From contig CM069137.1 in NCBI GenBank assembly GCA_035221665.1, positions 41,230,001-41,294,000 on the forward strand: a stretch of DNA of 64,000 bases. Direction: 5' to 3'. The notes under the pieces were generated by a model. It was not told the origin of the DNA, searched no databases, and was given only the letters and a program-made list of their open reading frames with translations. The stretch is from Okamejei kenojei. Taxonomy: Eukaryota. The position numbers and the translations under genes are program-made. Positions 26,729-38,400 of this stretch are shown one piece after another (the first letter of the stretch is position 1; each line of letters opens with the position of its first letter).

Positions 26729-29700
26729 ATGAAATCCTTCCTCCTAGTCATCGCTGCCGTGCAGATCCTTCACTGCTCAGGTAGGTACTGGGGAGAGGGA
26801 GGGTCTCAGAAAGCAATGAGTTACTGGTAATGAGCTTCAGTCAGCGACAATTCACCAATGTGTAAAAAGTATTCACTGTTCTTTGTTGAAATGTCTTGTA
26901 CAACTTTTCTTCTCTCTCTGCAGGAGTGCCAAGCACCAAGGATGCTCTGAGAGCCTCAGTTGCAAAACTGAATGAAATCACCGAGATCACCAACCTGTGT
27001 GCGATCACCAGGAGAGGTGTAACAAATGTAAGTGGGTCCTGGTCTAAATGTGTTTCACAGACTCGGCTCTGTAGGGATGTGCAAATTAGTTGTCTCCTTT
27101 AACTTGTGCCTAGAGTAAATTAATGACAGAAAGCATCAAAGGGGAACTTTTGAAGAAGGGTCTCGACCCGAAACGTCGCCTATCTCCTTCGCTCCTTAGA
27201 TGCTGCTGCACCCGCTGAGTTTCTCCAGCTTTTTGTGCACCATCAAAGGGGAACTGATGGGTATGTTAGGGATAGAATAGGTTGAAGAGTTGCAGGGCAA
27301 CAAAGAGAGGAGGAATAGGACAGGTGATGGATAGAATAGTTTGGGATTGTTCTGTTGGCTGTCAGTATTGAACCAAGGGGTTGAATAGCCTCACCCTGTT
27401 TAATTAGATTAGGTGTGTAAGAAAGAACTTCGGATGCTGGTTTAAACCGAAGAAAGACACAAAAAGCTGGAGTAACTCAGCGGGACAGGAATCACTGGAG
27501 AGAAGGAATAGATGACGTTTTGGGTCGAGACCCTGACGACAACCATTCCTTCTCTCCAGCGATGCTGCCTGTTCCGCTGAGTTACTCCAGCTTTTTGTGT
27601 CAATCTTCTTTAATTAGATTAGGTGTGTTGTCAGATAAGATAATATATAAACATAAAAGCTGAATTACTAAACATGAGCTTGATATTAGCAGTTTCAATG
27701 CATATCAGATCAAGATTTTAATCAAAAATCTATACTTAACTCTGGAAACTTTGGATTAGACGAATGTTTTGGAATAAAGGTTATAATTTTACCTTTGGGC
27801 AAATTAAGTCTCTTGCTCATTATGGGTGTTAATAATGGCACCGCCAATGTAATCATCTGCTAAAGAAAATACCTGGGTAGTTCTAAGCTTTATCAGAACT
27901 TTGTAATAACACCAGATATAAGACTTATGAATAAACTATTTTCTTTTCATCAGACCTATCGCACGGGTAAACTGTCATACAACGTGGATTTAACATTCAC
28001 CGTGAAAGAAACTGTCTGCTCCAAGAATTCTGGACATGAATTTGATGATTCCGGTTGCACCTTCCGCCCTAAAAAGATTGCTGTAAGTGCAGAGTTATAT
28101 TTTAACATGTATATCTCTGTGTGTATCGGGAAACATCACCGAAAGAGATATAATCACAGATTATTTCATATAAATTACTATACCTACAGATAAACAAAAG
28201 GCTGAGAATTGTGTTCATATGATAATCAATTTGATTCAATGTTGTGCTTGGAGTCATCAATAATTTCCCTGCATTTTGCTTTATTTTCACAGGAGAAAGG
28301 GTTTTGCAAAAGCCGCGTGGAATATTTTGCTGATAAAGTGGCTGACGTCGATGTGGAGTGTGAAGGTCTGAGGACCTTTGACAGCGAGAGTGACTCAATA
28401 GAATCGAGTGAAACCAGTATTGAGGTAACCACACAGTTATACAACTTAGGGCAGTGGGATGTCTAATACATGAGATCATTCACAAAACATTTCTTTGGTG
28501 TCCTGTTCTAAAGACTTAAATGTAAATAATTTTTGTATACAGACTCGAAGCAAATCAAAAGAGTCTTCTTTGGAGAAATCTGCACATGTGAGTATTAATT
28601 AGTATATTTCCAATGATTTATCTTGTTGATCTTAATTAATAGCAATGAAGTGTTAGCTATTCCATTCAAAATAGTGAGTGAGACAGTGCGTTGTCCCAGT
28701 TTGATATGTAGGGAAGGTATTCTGATATTTGATGCAGTACATGATGCATCTGGTCTCCACTCAAGTTGAGATGAGCACCAACAGTCTGCGAAGCTCATAC
28801 CAATTAGTCAATGAGCACAAATCCTTCAAGGAGTGAAACCAAAGTTAATTAAAACAGATAGCAATTGATGCCTGTTCAATCAGCCTTAAGAATATCCATT
28901 GACTCTGCACAACCACTTTACCGGGCATTCTTTTGAATATTGGGGCACTGTAGAGCGTGAAACGTTTAGTTGAGCTTCCTCAATCCAACACTATCTAATT
29001 GAATCAACACTTGGGAATGTAGAATTAACAATCCCACATTGATAATTAAATAGTCCAGTCTACCATTTGTAGGGAACAATCTATGTATGCATGTTACTGA
29101 CCAGGTAGATGCTGTGCTAATTTTGTGAATGTTAATGCTTTCATACAGGTGGAAAGCAAGTCAGAAGAAACTTCACTGGAAGAATCTTCAAACGTAAGTT
29201 TAATTTTGAATTATTAGCTCTTGATTCTCAACTGCATTATGGTATAAAACTTCGATTGATCTCTAGGAATAAAATTGATGGGTTTCACCTCATAATATGC
29301 GTGATCCAAGCAGTAAAGTGAGGATACTGAGTGGTCTTTGAATATTATCTTCCATCGCAACTCAACTTTAGTGAACAAACACTGTAACCCTTCATTCCAT
29401 GAACAGTCAGAAATCCTATCAATTTCTATTCTGACTAAACTCAATGACTGAGCCTCCACAGCTCTGGGTTAGAGAGTTGGAAAGGTCCACCTCCTTGGGT
29501 TTTTCTTCACCTTAATCCTAATTGACCCATTCATTATTTTGAGACTGTATCCCATGTTTTAGACTCCCGAGAATATGGAAAATACCCTCTCTCTTTCCTG
29601 CTATGCATTTTCATAATTAAGTTCATTGTGAGGAAATAACCTCATTCTTCTCACCCGTAAAGGTTTAAGCCTACTCAGTTCTTCATCTTTCGACGGATGC

Positions 29701-31293
29701 ACCATCCTAGGAAATAGCCTGGAGAACCGTTTCTGCACACTTTATAGAGTATCGAGCATATCCTTTCTTTGGTAAGGAGACCAAAATTGTACACAATACT
29801 CACAAAGGCTCCAAGTCATTGTAGTATTCTCAAGTCCTCTTGTAACAAAGGCAACATATCATTTGCCTTCATAACAGACCTCCACTTGTACTGAACTGCA
29901 ACTCTGAAATATCTAGATATTTTACAATGACTCCGTTATAAGTCAATATTTAATATCTGTGTATGCTGGTAATTTTTCAACTACAGTCATGGATTTTTAT
30001 TATTTTCACCAGGGTGCAATTAAATTACTTGCTCACATGAAGCTTACAGAGTAAACCACATGCACATAATAATGATAAATACAACACTAAACAAAACACT
30101 AGATTGTAGTGCAATCTGAAGCAGTTGAAAAAATAAATATACAATTATGAATGAAGTGAATTGTGTAGAGTTAACATCAAGAGTATGTGGCAGCACTTCC
30201 AGGAAGTGGGTGAGAAAGAGATGATTGTTTCAGGAGTCTGATGGCAATTCATTTATTTTCAAAATTACCAATTAGTGTCCCGTGCTAAATATATAATCAT
30301 TATTTCCTAACAGGACAAATCCAAATCAACAGAGACATCAAATGAGTCTCTAGACAACGTGAGTATAAATAGAACATTTTTCAGGTGATCTTGACTGTGT
30401 AAAGACATTTAATAGCTTGCGTTCAACTATATTAAAATATGGGGAGAGAGAGCCAATTACTTTATGATAGCTCAATGCATTTATAAAGGGATTCTTATCT
30501 TTGAGTCATGTGAGGAAGTTGGGCTGATGGGGGATTGTTGTGTTGGGTCCACTGACCCCACTCCCGGCATTATCCAGAGATACATATGGGAGGGAGAATA
30601 TTGTTCCACAAATGCTATTGGATATTGTCTATTCAGTAACTGAGGATTGGCCACTTCACCCTGAGTGTGGATTTGTTTTTTTGCTTCATTCTGAAATAGA
30701 ATTAGGAAAGGGAGTGCGCTTCTCCTGAGGACAATCCTGGTGTGTGCACTGATGTAACCGGTGGCTTCATTAGGGGAGCATCCCAAACATAGTCGCCATT
30801 TAACAGTGTATAATTACCTGTTCTGGGAATGGGCGAGTGAGGTGCAGGAGGAGGTCAGCACAGCCATGACCAACTGATGGAATAACTCACCTCTATTATG
30901 TAATAATTGATCTCAGAGCCCCAGCATATCAAGACTTTACTGCACTTCAAATGTGAACTGTTTATTGTGCAATTCCCAGTGACTTGCTATTCCAAGATTT
31001 AGAGTGATTCAAGTTGCACATTTACAAAATTAAATTATTTGAATTTTTTGTATTGACATGATTCTAAAATATTGTATATATATATCTTGTCAAATAGGTG
31101 AAAAGCAAGTCAACAGAGGTATCAGTGGAGGAGTCTTCAAATGTAAGTGTAAACTGAGGCTTTGTGTCATGTCGTTACCATAATTAAAACCAATGATAAA
31201 AGGTAGAAGTAGTGTGAACTCAGTTCAACATAAAATGACTCATGATTTCCTCAATTTCAGGAACAGAATGAGAACTCAAGAGGGAGACACTAA
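26729..31293 (+). CDS. spp2: SPP2-like secreted phosphoprotein, copy A (209 aa: signal peptide, cystatin-like SPP24 domain, Ser/Glu repeat tail)
   Basis: Exons 26729-26780, 26924-27027, 27954-28082, 28293-28424, 28543-28587, 29149-29193, 30314-30358, 31098-31142, 31261-31293; all GT-AG with an open frame. Protein MKSFLLVIAAVQILHCSG-VPSTKDALRASVAKLNE...NVDLTFTVKETVCSKNSG..DSGCTF...GFCKSRV...DVECE resembles SPP24 (DALSASVVKVN, LEFSIRETTCRKDSG, CRSTV). Orthology versus paralogy to SPP2 is not resolved. Confidence 0.85.
27149..27240 (+). mobile_element. 92-bp Penelope-derived insertion with a hammerhead-like core in intron 2 of copy A
   Basis: 15-bp TSD CATCAAAGGGGAACT (27134-27148, 27241-27255); absent from copies B and C; matches the pseudo-LTR of the Penelope element at ~53865-53960. 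Confidence 0.8.
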
Positions 31294-31509
31294 CCACGAA
31301 TGAAACTCCTGAGAACCTGAACTCAGTGTGAACACAAGCAGACCTCATTCAGAATAAACAAGACATTGTCACCTGTACTGTACTTGCTCATATACAAGGA
31401 CATGGGCCTGGAGCTCCTGACTGTACATATAATTGTAACTAGGATATTCTATTGTTTGTAAATGTTCTGTTCTTTTCTGTATATTATTATGTAATACGTT
31501 GTGGATCTA

Positions 31510-31515
31510 AATAAA
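31510..31515 (+). terminator. Polyadenylation signal of copy A
   Basis: AATAAA followed ~35 nt later by GT-rich AGTTGTTTTGC; conserved in copy B (45192-45197). Confidence 0.6.
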
Positions 31516-32926
31516 ATTATTAAGAAATATTCATGGATTTGCTTCCAGAAGTTGTTTTGCATGTCTCTGATCTACAGAGGTTCATCAAGTCATTGTCCAC
31601 GAGTCAGCCGGTCCCTCACTGATGATGCAGCTTCTTTGTCCGGTGAGACCTCCTGATGTGGGACCTTCTCTGTCTGGCGAATGTCCTGATGTGTTGGACT
31701 ATTAGCTATTCTATATTAATGTCAGGCACTGCAACCTAGATAGCTTATTTCACTTTAGCAAGATTGAAATCGTTGAGTAGTTTTATATTCATATCTGACG
31801 TCAGCTTTTTATTTTTTTTTACAGTCTCCAACAATTACATTTTGAAATAATTAGAGTTTGGGGCCAATGAGAAATGGGTTGGGTGTATTTAAGGATTAGA
31901 TATTATTGAGTTAAAGAAGGAACTGCAGGTGCTGGAAATGAGTGTTTGCCTCAAAGCTGCAGCTTGAATATTTTCTCTCTTGTTCAGTGGGTGCACAGTG
32001 GGTGAATATTTCAACAGTGTACAATGATGCAGCGGGTAGAGCTGCTGCTTCACAGTTCCAGTGATCTGGACTTCTAGTGCTGTTTGTGTGGAGTTTGTGT
32101 GTTCTCCACATCCAAGAACTAATTTACAGCAGCCTGTTCACACATTTTTGAAATACAAAAATGTGAGAGGAAATTGGAGACCTGAAGTAGCAATGTTACA
32201 ACATTTTGAGATTTAAAAAATCAAGTCTGCCATTTAACCCATCAGGGTTAAAAGCATAAAAATAAGTTTAATTTGACACCTAATTCACTTTCATATCTTC
32301 AGTATTAAAAACATTATGGCCATTTTCATACTCGGAAATTAGCATCTTGTTCCCTATTGCTTTTCCATTGACTTAACACAAAAGCAGTCAAAAGCCCAAA
32401 AGTGTCTTAAAAATTAAGAGAATGCAATTTTCAGTTATTTTGGATTGAAGCATTCTGAAACAAATATGAAACAATCTTACTTGGATGACCTGAAATTAGT
32501 TAGTTACCTAATTGTAGCTCATTACAAAATTCAATTACTAGATCTAAACATCTATCCATTTCTTAAGAAAAGGTTAACATTTTTAAAAAGCCTGTGTCCA
32601 AATAACATTCACACAAGAATTCACAATATAACATGATTTTTAAATCTCATTGTCATGAATTTATAGGCCAAATGGAAGGAATCTAATGCTTAATTCCCGT
32701 AAATTAATGGCAATTTTAATCATCTTACGAGTGGGATTTTGTGGAACGCGATCGTTTGGAACGTTGCGGTTGCGGTGAATTTGGCAGGAAAAATACTGCC
32801 GGTTCGTATGGGTTCTAAGTCACATTTTCACAATGTGAAATTTTGATTAAAGGCATCCTAAGAAGCAAGTTTATAAGAAAAAATAAATGGTGTATCTTGC
32901 CTTGTCCCCTACGTGAGATCCGTCCC

Positions 32927-34505
32927 GTTTTTAAAAAAAAAAATTTTTTAGTATTTTTATTATAGAAACATAGTAATAACAAAGTACATTATTTTGCATT
33001 GCTGAAAATACATGATATTAATGATATATTCATGCTCTTAATAATATTTGTATTATCATTGATTTTAAAATTTAAGACTATATATTTTATATAATTGAAA
33101 ATACATAATATTAATGATAAATTCATACTGTTAGTAATATTTGTATTATCGTTAATTTTAAAATTTAAGACTATATATTTTATACAATTGAAAATACATA
33201 ATACTAATAATACCTTCATGATATTAATGATATATTCATACTATTAATAATATTTGTATTATCATTGATTTTAAAATTTAAGACTATATATTTTATATAT
33301 TTGAAAATACATGATATTAATAATACCTTCATGATATTAGTACTGTTTATATTCTTATTAATATTAAACATTTAAGATTATATGTTTTCTATACATTTTT
33401 CTAAAATTTGTTTTAAAGGTAGGAAAAAAATAGAGAAAAAGAGTGTAAGAAATATGATGGTGAATGGAGTATTAATCATTAATCCGTCCTTGGAGATATA
33501 GTCATGATTTATTATATATGTTTCTTCATCCATTCTAATATTCAGGTCTCAGTCAAGCCCTCGTGCCGAGCCATTATGACCCTGTAAATATTTAATAAAT
33601 GGAGACCAAATCTCTCTGAAGAGATCTAACCTGTCCATTAGGACAAGCCTCAATCTCTCCAGATGAAGTGTCTCCGACATTTCTGTGTTCCACATTTTGA
33701 TTGTTGGGGATGTAGGGCCTTTCCAAAATTTTAATATTAGTTTTTTCCCAATTATTAAACCATAGTCAATAAAAATTCTTTGATTCGTTGTTACTAGTTG
33801 GTCTGTTTCTAGTATTCCAAGTATTATTAACTTTGGATCAGGAGTCAGAATTATATTGACAACATTCGAAATTATCTTAAATATTTCTATCCAAAATTTT
33901 GTAATTTTTATACAGTTAGTAAATGAATGTGATAAATTTGCTTCTAAATGTTGACATTTATCACATATGGGGGATACTTTTGGAAAGATGTTATGTAATT
34001 TAGCTTTGGAATAATGTAATCTATGTAGTATTTTAAATTGTATAAGGGAATGTTTAGCATTTAACGAACAGTGATGTATATGTTGTAAACTTTCATCCCA
34101 TAGTTCTGGCCTTATAATTTGACCTAGTTCTTTTTCCCAAGACTGTCTATATATTTCTGTTGATGGAACATCATTTTCCAATAGAATATTGTATATAAAT
34201 GAAATCATTTTATCTGTATTTGGGTGTTTATTTAAGCATTCATCTAGAATTTCTATCTTTCTATTTCTAAGTTCTTGTGTATTTGCAGAAACATAGTTTC
34301 TGATTTGTAAATATCTAAAATATTCTTTAGTGTGTAGTCCATAAATTTGTTGTAACTCTTGAAATGAAAGGAAAGAGTTTTCCTTATAAAGATCTCCCAT
34401 CTTAGTAATTCCCTTATTTTTCCATTGTAAAAAAGCTTTATCCATCATTGAAGGTTTAAACGTAACATTATTTTTGCGATGGTAAGAGATAATGGTATTG
34501 ATTTT
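32927..34505 (-). mobile_element. 3' fragment of an L1/Tx1-clade LINE
   Basis: ORF 33549-34526 (QFKILHRLHY, CDKC..H...C zinc knuckle, KKLILKFWK, MSETLHLE) is homologous to the 3' end of the element at 5546-19108; T-rich tail at ~32927-32960. Confidence 0.85.
33004..33395. repeat. AT-rich ~93-bp tandem repeat (~4 units) in the L1 3'UTR
   Basis: GAAAATACAT unit starts at 33004, 33097, 33190 and 33303. Confidence 0.85.
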
Positions 34506-35147
34506 AGTTGTTGGCGTTGACGGCATTAGAAGATGATTTTAATTTTACTCCTACTATTACATTATCCAGCGATAATTTGATAATTTTACTCCTACTATTA
34601 CATTATCCAGCGATAACGGCTGTCAAAGTGATTTTTCTTCAGCAACTAAACAGCATGTTCAAAATCGATTTGAATAGTCTGAAGAAAAACTGCATTTTTA
34701 ACCCGCCCCCCTCTTAAACGCGCCAAAGTCACGCACACGGCCAGTGACAGAACTGCCGCACCACTGAAGGTAAGTTTTGTAACATACCTACTTGAAGGAA
34801 ACTCATCTGGTCACAGGTAGAACATACAAACTCCACTCAGACAGCATCCGAGGTCAGCATTGAATCCAGTCACTGGAAATGTGAGACAGCAGCTTTAAAC
34901 TTTGCACCGCTGTGTCATTCCTGGCTCACGGGTTCTTTTAAGTGTCAAAGAGATATTACTTCTCTATACTGGCCAGAATGAAAGGCCATGAAGAAATATA
35001 ACAAATGATATACTGTTTGCTGAGCTTAAGAGAAATATTGGCAGAAATGCTTAGAATCTGTTTATTACCACAGCACGAAGAATAGCAAAGAAAAGCCGCT
35101 CAATGTCCAGCAGCGGAAGGACCCTATTAGTTTAGTTTAGCTTGGTT

Positions 35148-35437
35148 TAGTTTAGAGATACAGAGCGGAAACAGCCCTGTTGGCCCACTGAGTTCATGCC
35201 GACCAGTGATCCCCGTACGCTGGAACTATCTTACATGCTAGGGACAATTTCAAATTTTTACGGAAGCCAATTAACCAACAAACCTGCATATCTTTGGAGT
35301 GTGGGAGAAAACCGGTGCACCCGGAGAAAACCCACGTGGTCACAGGGAGAACATACAAACTCCATAGAGACAGTACCAGTAGTCAGGATCGAACCTGGTT
35401 CTCTGGAGCTGTAAGGCAGTAAGACTACCACTATGCC
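35148..35437 (-). mobile_element. HE1/V-SINE-like SINE
   Basis: Minus strand GGTGGCATAGTGGTAG...GGTTCGATCCTG...TATGGAGTTTGTATGTTCTCCCTGTGACC with a CTAAA-type tail. Confidence 0.7.
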
Positions 35438-38400
35438 ACCCTGTCCTCCTTCTCCAGAAAGCCTTCACATTGGCTGCATCAAGCTTCACTGTGACCCTCA
35501 GCATGTATTTCTGGAGTGCGGACTGGGCCGCACTGGGTGCGGACTGGGCCAATTAGCAACACCACCTTGTTGCTCTGGGAGACCAATAGGTTTTGGTGTG
35601 ACCAAAGAGTTTCACAGAATTGATGGTCTTTCAGCTACATTTGATTTCCATCCATTAGTATGTCTCTGGAAACAGCCAATTAATCAGAAAGTCCTTGTTA
35701 CACAGGTGTTCAGGATGAACCGTGAATAAGCCCTTGCATCTTTTTCCAGACCCTCTTTGCAAATCCACAATCTGCAAAGAGGGGGACAACTGTCTCATCT
35801 CTATAGCAGTCACCCCAAGGGCAGAGTGCACTGGGAGTAAGACTTCGATGGTACTTGAAGGATCTGACCTGGAGGGACCCTCTCACCACAGGTCCTGATG
35901 TTTGTTAGCATCAAACTGCTAGATAATCTTGCTGTCTGTGCAGGGAACCACCGCACAGGATGCATTGAGTCCTAAGCCTGCAGTACCTGCAGGATGTTTT
36001 GTACTGACCACTGCCTGATGGACTTGTGGTCAAAGGTGTTGGGCTGTTCCACAAAGGATAGGTAGTGCGGAAATGTCCAGCCAACTGGACAATTGTGCAG
36101 CAGCAGTGCTAGGCCCATCATTCATAACACCGAGGTCAGGTTGCACCTCAGCAACACCAGAACAAAAGGTTTTCACTGTACTTCGGTACACGTGACAATA
36201 AACTAAACTGAACTGAACTCAGCAGGTAGTGACGCTCGGTGCCACGTGCTTTGGCTTTAAGCACAGCCTGATGCAGCCACACATGAAGATGGCCAACAGA
36301 TGAGGGCGATATTGGATACGCTTTGCCTCTGTATCGTGGACGCGCATCAGGTCTTGTTGGAGCAACCATCTTTGATCCCAATAGACAATAGCTGCAGGAG
36401 AAGGCCATTCGGCCCTTTCCAGCCAGCATCGCCATTCACTGTGATCATGGCTGATCATCCAGAATTAGTACCCAGTTCTTGCCTTCTCCCCATATCCCTT
36501 AACTCCGCTATCTTTAAGAACTCTATCTAACTCTCTCTTGAAAGCATCCAGAGAATGGACTGTTATATGTTGAATAAATGGAGCGACTGGGCTTGTATAC
36601 ACTGGAATTTAGAAGGATGAGAGGGAATCTTATTGAAACATATAAGATTATTAAGGGATTGTAAGACCTCCACTGCCCTCTGAGCCAGAGAATTCCACAG
36701 ATTCACAACTCTCTGGGTGAAAAGGTTTTTCCTCATCTCCGTTCAAAATGGCTTACCCCTTATTCTTAAATTGTGTCCCCTGGTTCTGGACTCCCTCGAC
36801 ACCAGGAACATTCCTACCTCGAGCGTATACAATCCCTTAATAATCTTATATGTTTCAATAAGGGTTCCTCTCATCCTTCTAAATTCCAGTGTATACAAGC
36901 CCAGTCGCTCCATTCATTCAACATATGACAGACCATCCATAACCTCGTGAAATTACGCTGCACTCCCTCAAGAGCAAGAATGTCCCTCAAATTTGGTGAC
37001 TAAAACTGCAAACAATAGGTGTGCTCTCACCAGGATCCTGTACAACTAAAGTGATGAACAGGAATGCAGCTTGTGTGATCACCATGATGGAGGAGCCACA
37101 TCTACGCCAGGTACGGCTGCTTTCAGAGCACCTCACACCTGAAGGATTTAACCAGTTATCGAGAGGGACCACTGCTTCCAAAGTCTCAATATTTGTTTCA
37201 CCCTAGTTATCAGCTCCAAGTAATTCTTGTTACTCACTTCTGCACTCCAAACCAAATCCCCAGCACTTCATGTAGTCGGATCTGAGAACCAGTTGGGCCA
37301 GTTGGCAAAGACCAATGCCACACTCTTCTTATAGTTTACTCTGGTTCCTGATGCCAACTCAATCTGGTCACAGATGCTCATCTATGTGTGAAATCCGGGT
37401 GAAAGACAGCGACCGACATCATTGATATACAGGGACGCTTTGACCTCAGAGCCTCCACTGCCTGGCAATGTCATCCCTCCCATGCTTACGTCCTTCAATA
37501 CATGTTTCTAAATCAATATATCTTTGAATATTTTGGATATTTTAATTTATTTTAACTTTTTTTCAACTGTTCTACCATTTAGGAATAAAGACCTATTGGC
37601 AGAACAAACCTTCTGTGGAAAATGAGGATGCTATGTGGACAGGGCCTGTGCCTCAATGGCTCCTGCTCTTTTAACAGCTCCGACAGGAGGATATAAGGCC
37701 ATAATATATTTATGCAGTCTTCACACCTTCGATGAATCGCATTATTGCTCTTTCAGACTCTCTGACTCTATCTGAATGGGGGAGAGCAGGGTTAGGTCAG
37801 ACCACGGGCTGTGGGCTAGGTGGGGCATCACCCACTAATGATTCAGGTATAGTCAGATAATTTCTCCTGAGAGTCAGAGGAAAAACAACTTCTAAGACAC
37901 AGATCTAGGGGAAAGGGAATGGCAGAAGGAAGGAAAGAGAATGGATGGAGTGAAAACCAGAAGGGATTAAAGGAAAAGAAGTTTAAAGGAGCACAAGATA
38001 AGGGAAAATTGCATGAGAGCAAGCAAAGCAGCAGAAGAAATGAAAGCTGAGTTAATAGGACGAATACTGATTGAATGTACCAGAGGAATGTGGAGGGGTA
38101 TAGGGAATCTGGATTAAACATGTTGGAATTGCTTATGGTCTGAAAATATTGGCCTCAATGCTGAGTCCGGAAGGCCGGTTGAGATGTTGTGCTGTTCCTC
38201 AGGCTTACAGTATACAAAAGTGCTGATGATGGAGATGTCAGAGAGCGAGCGAGACAGAGAACTGAAGTGTCCGGAGGATTAGCTCTGTACTTGTATGATT
38301 CTTTTCTTCATCTCTCCGTTGCAGACACACACATACGTACTCACACAAAAAAAAACCAATAATAGTGCAATAATAACAATAATAGTGTGTGTAGTTCCGA

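Larger units (their letters stand above)
21590..32110 (+). repeat. Segmental duplication unit A (upstream region, gene, 3' flank)
   Basis: Colinear high similarity by eye with ~37640-45550 (unit B) and ~57940-64000 (unit C), including shared old Rex1/Babar-like and SINE fragments. Confidence 0.9.
32188..34790. mobile_element. Non-autonomous DNA transposon (~1 kb, TAG...CTA ends, hAT-like), copy 1, carrying an L1 insertion
   Basis: Ends TAGCAATGTTACAA / TTGTAACATACCTA; CCTGAAG/CTTGAAG duplication; empty homologous site at ~52975; sister copies at 56150-57193 and 60185-61220. Confidence 0.75.

Noticed and set aside
26729-28424. Cathelicidin (cathelin domain plus antimicrobial peptide)
   Set aside because: The fold family is related, but the separate phase-1 signal exon, DALxASVxKxN motif, Ser-rich stretch after the last Cys and acidic multi-exon tail fit SPP2, not a 4-exon gene with a cationic peptide.
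28543-31142. True SCPP/SPARCL1-derived gene
   Set aside because: The S-x-E microexons are attached to a cystatin-like domain and follow a phase-1 first intron, so the resemblance is better explained as convergence.
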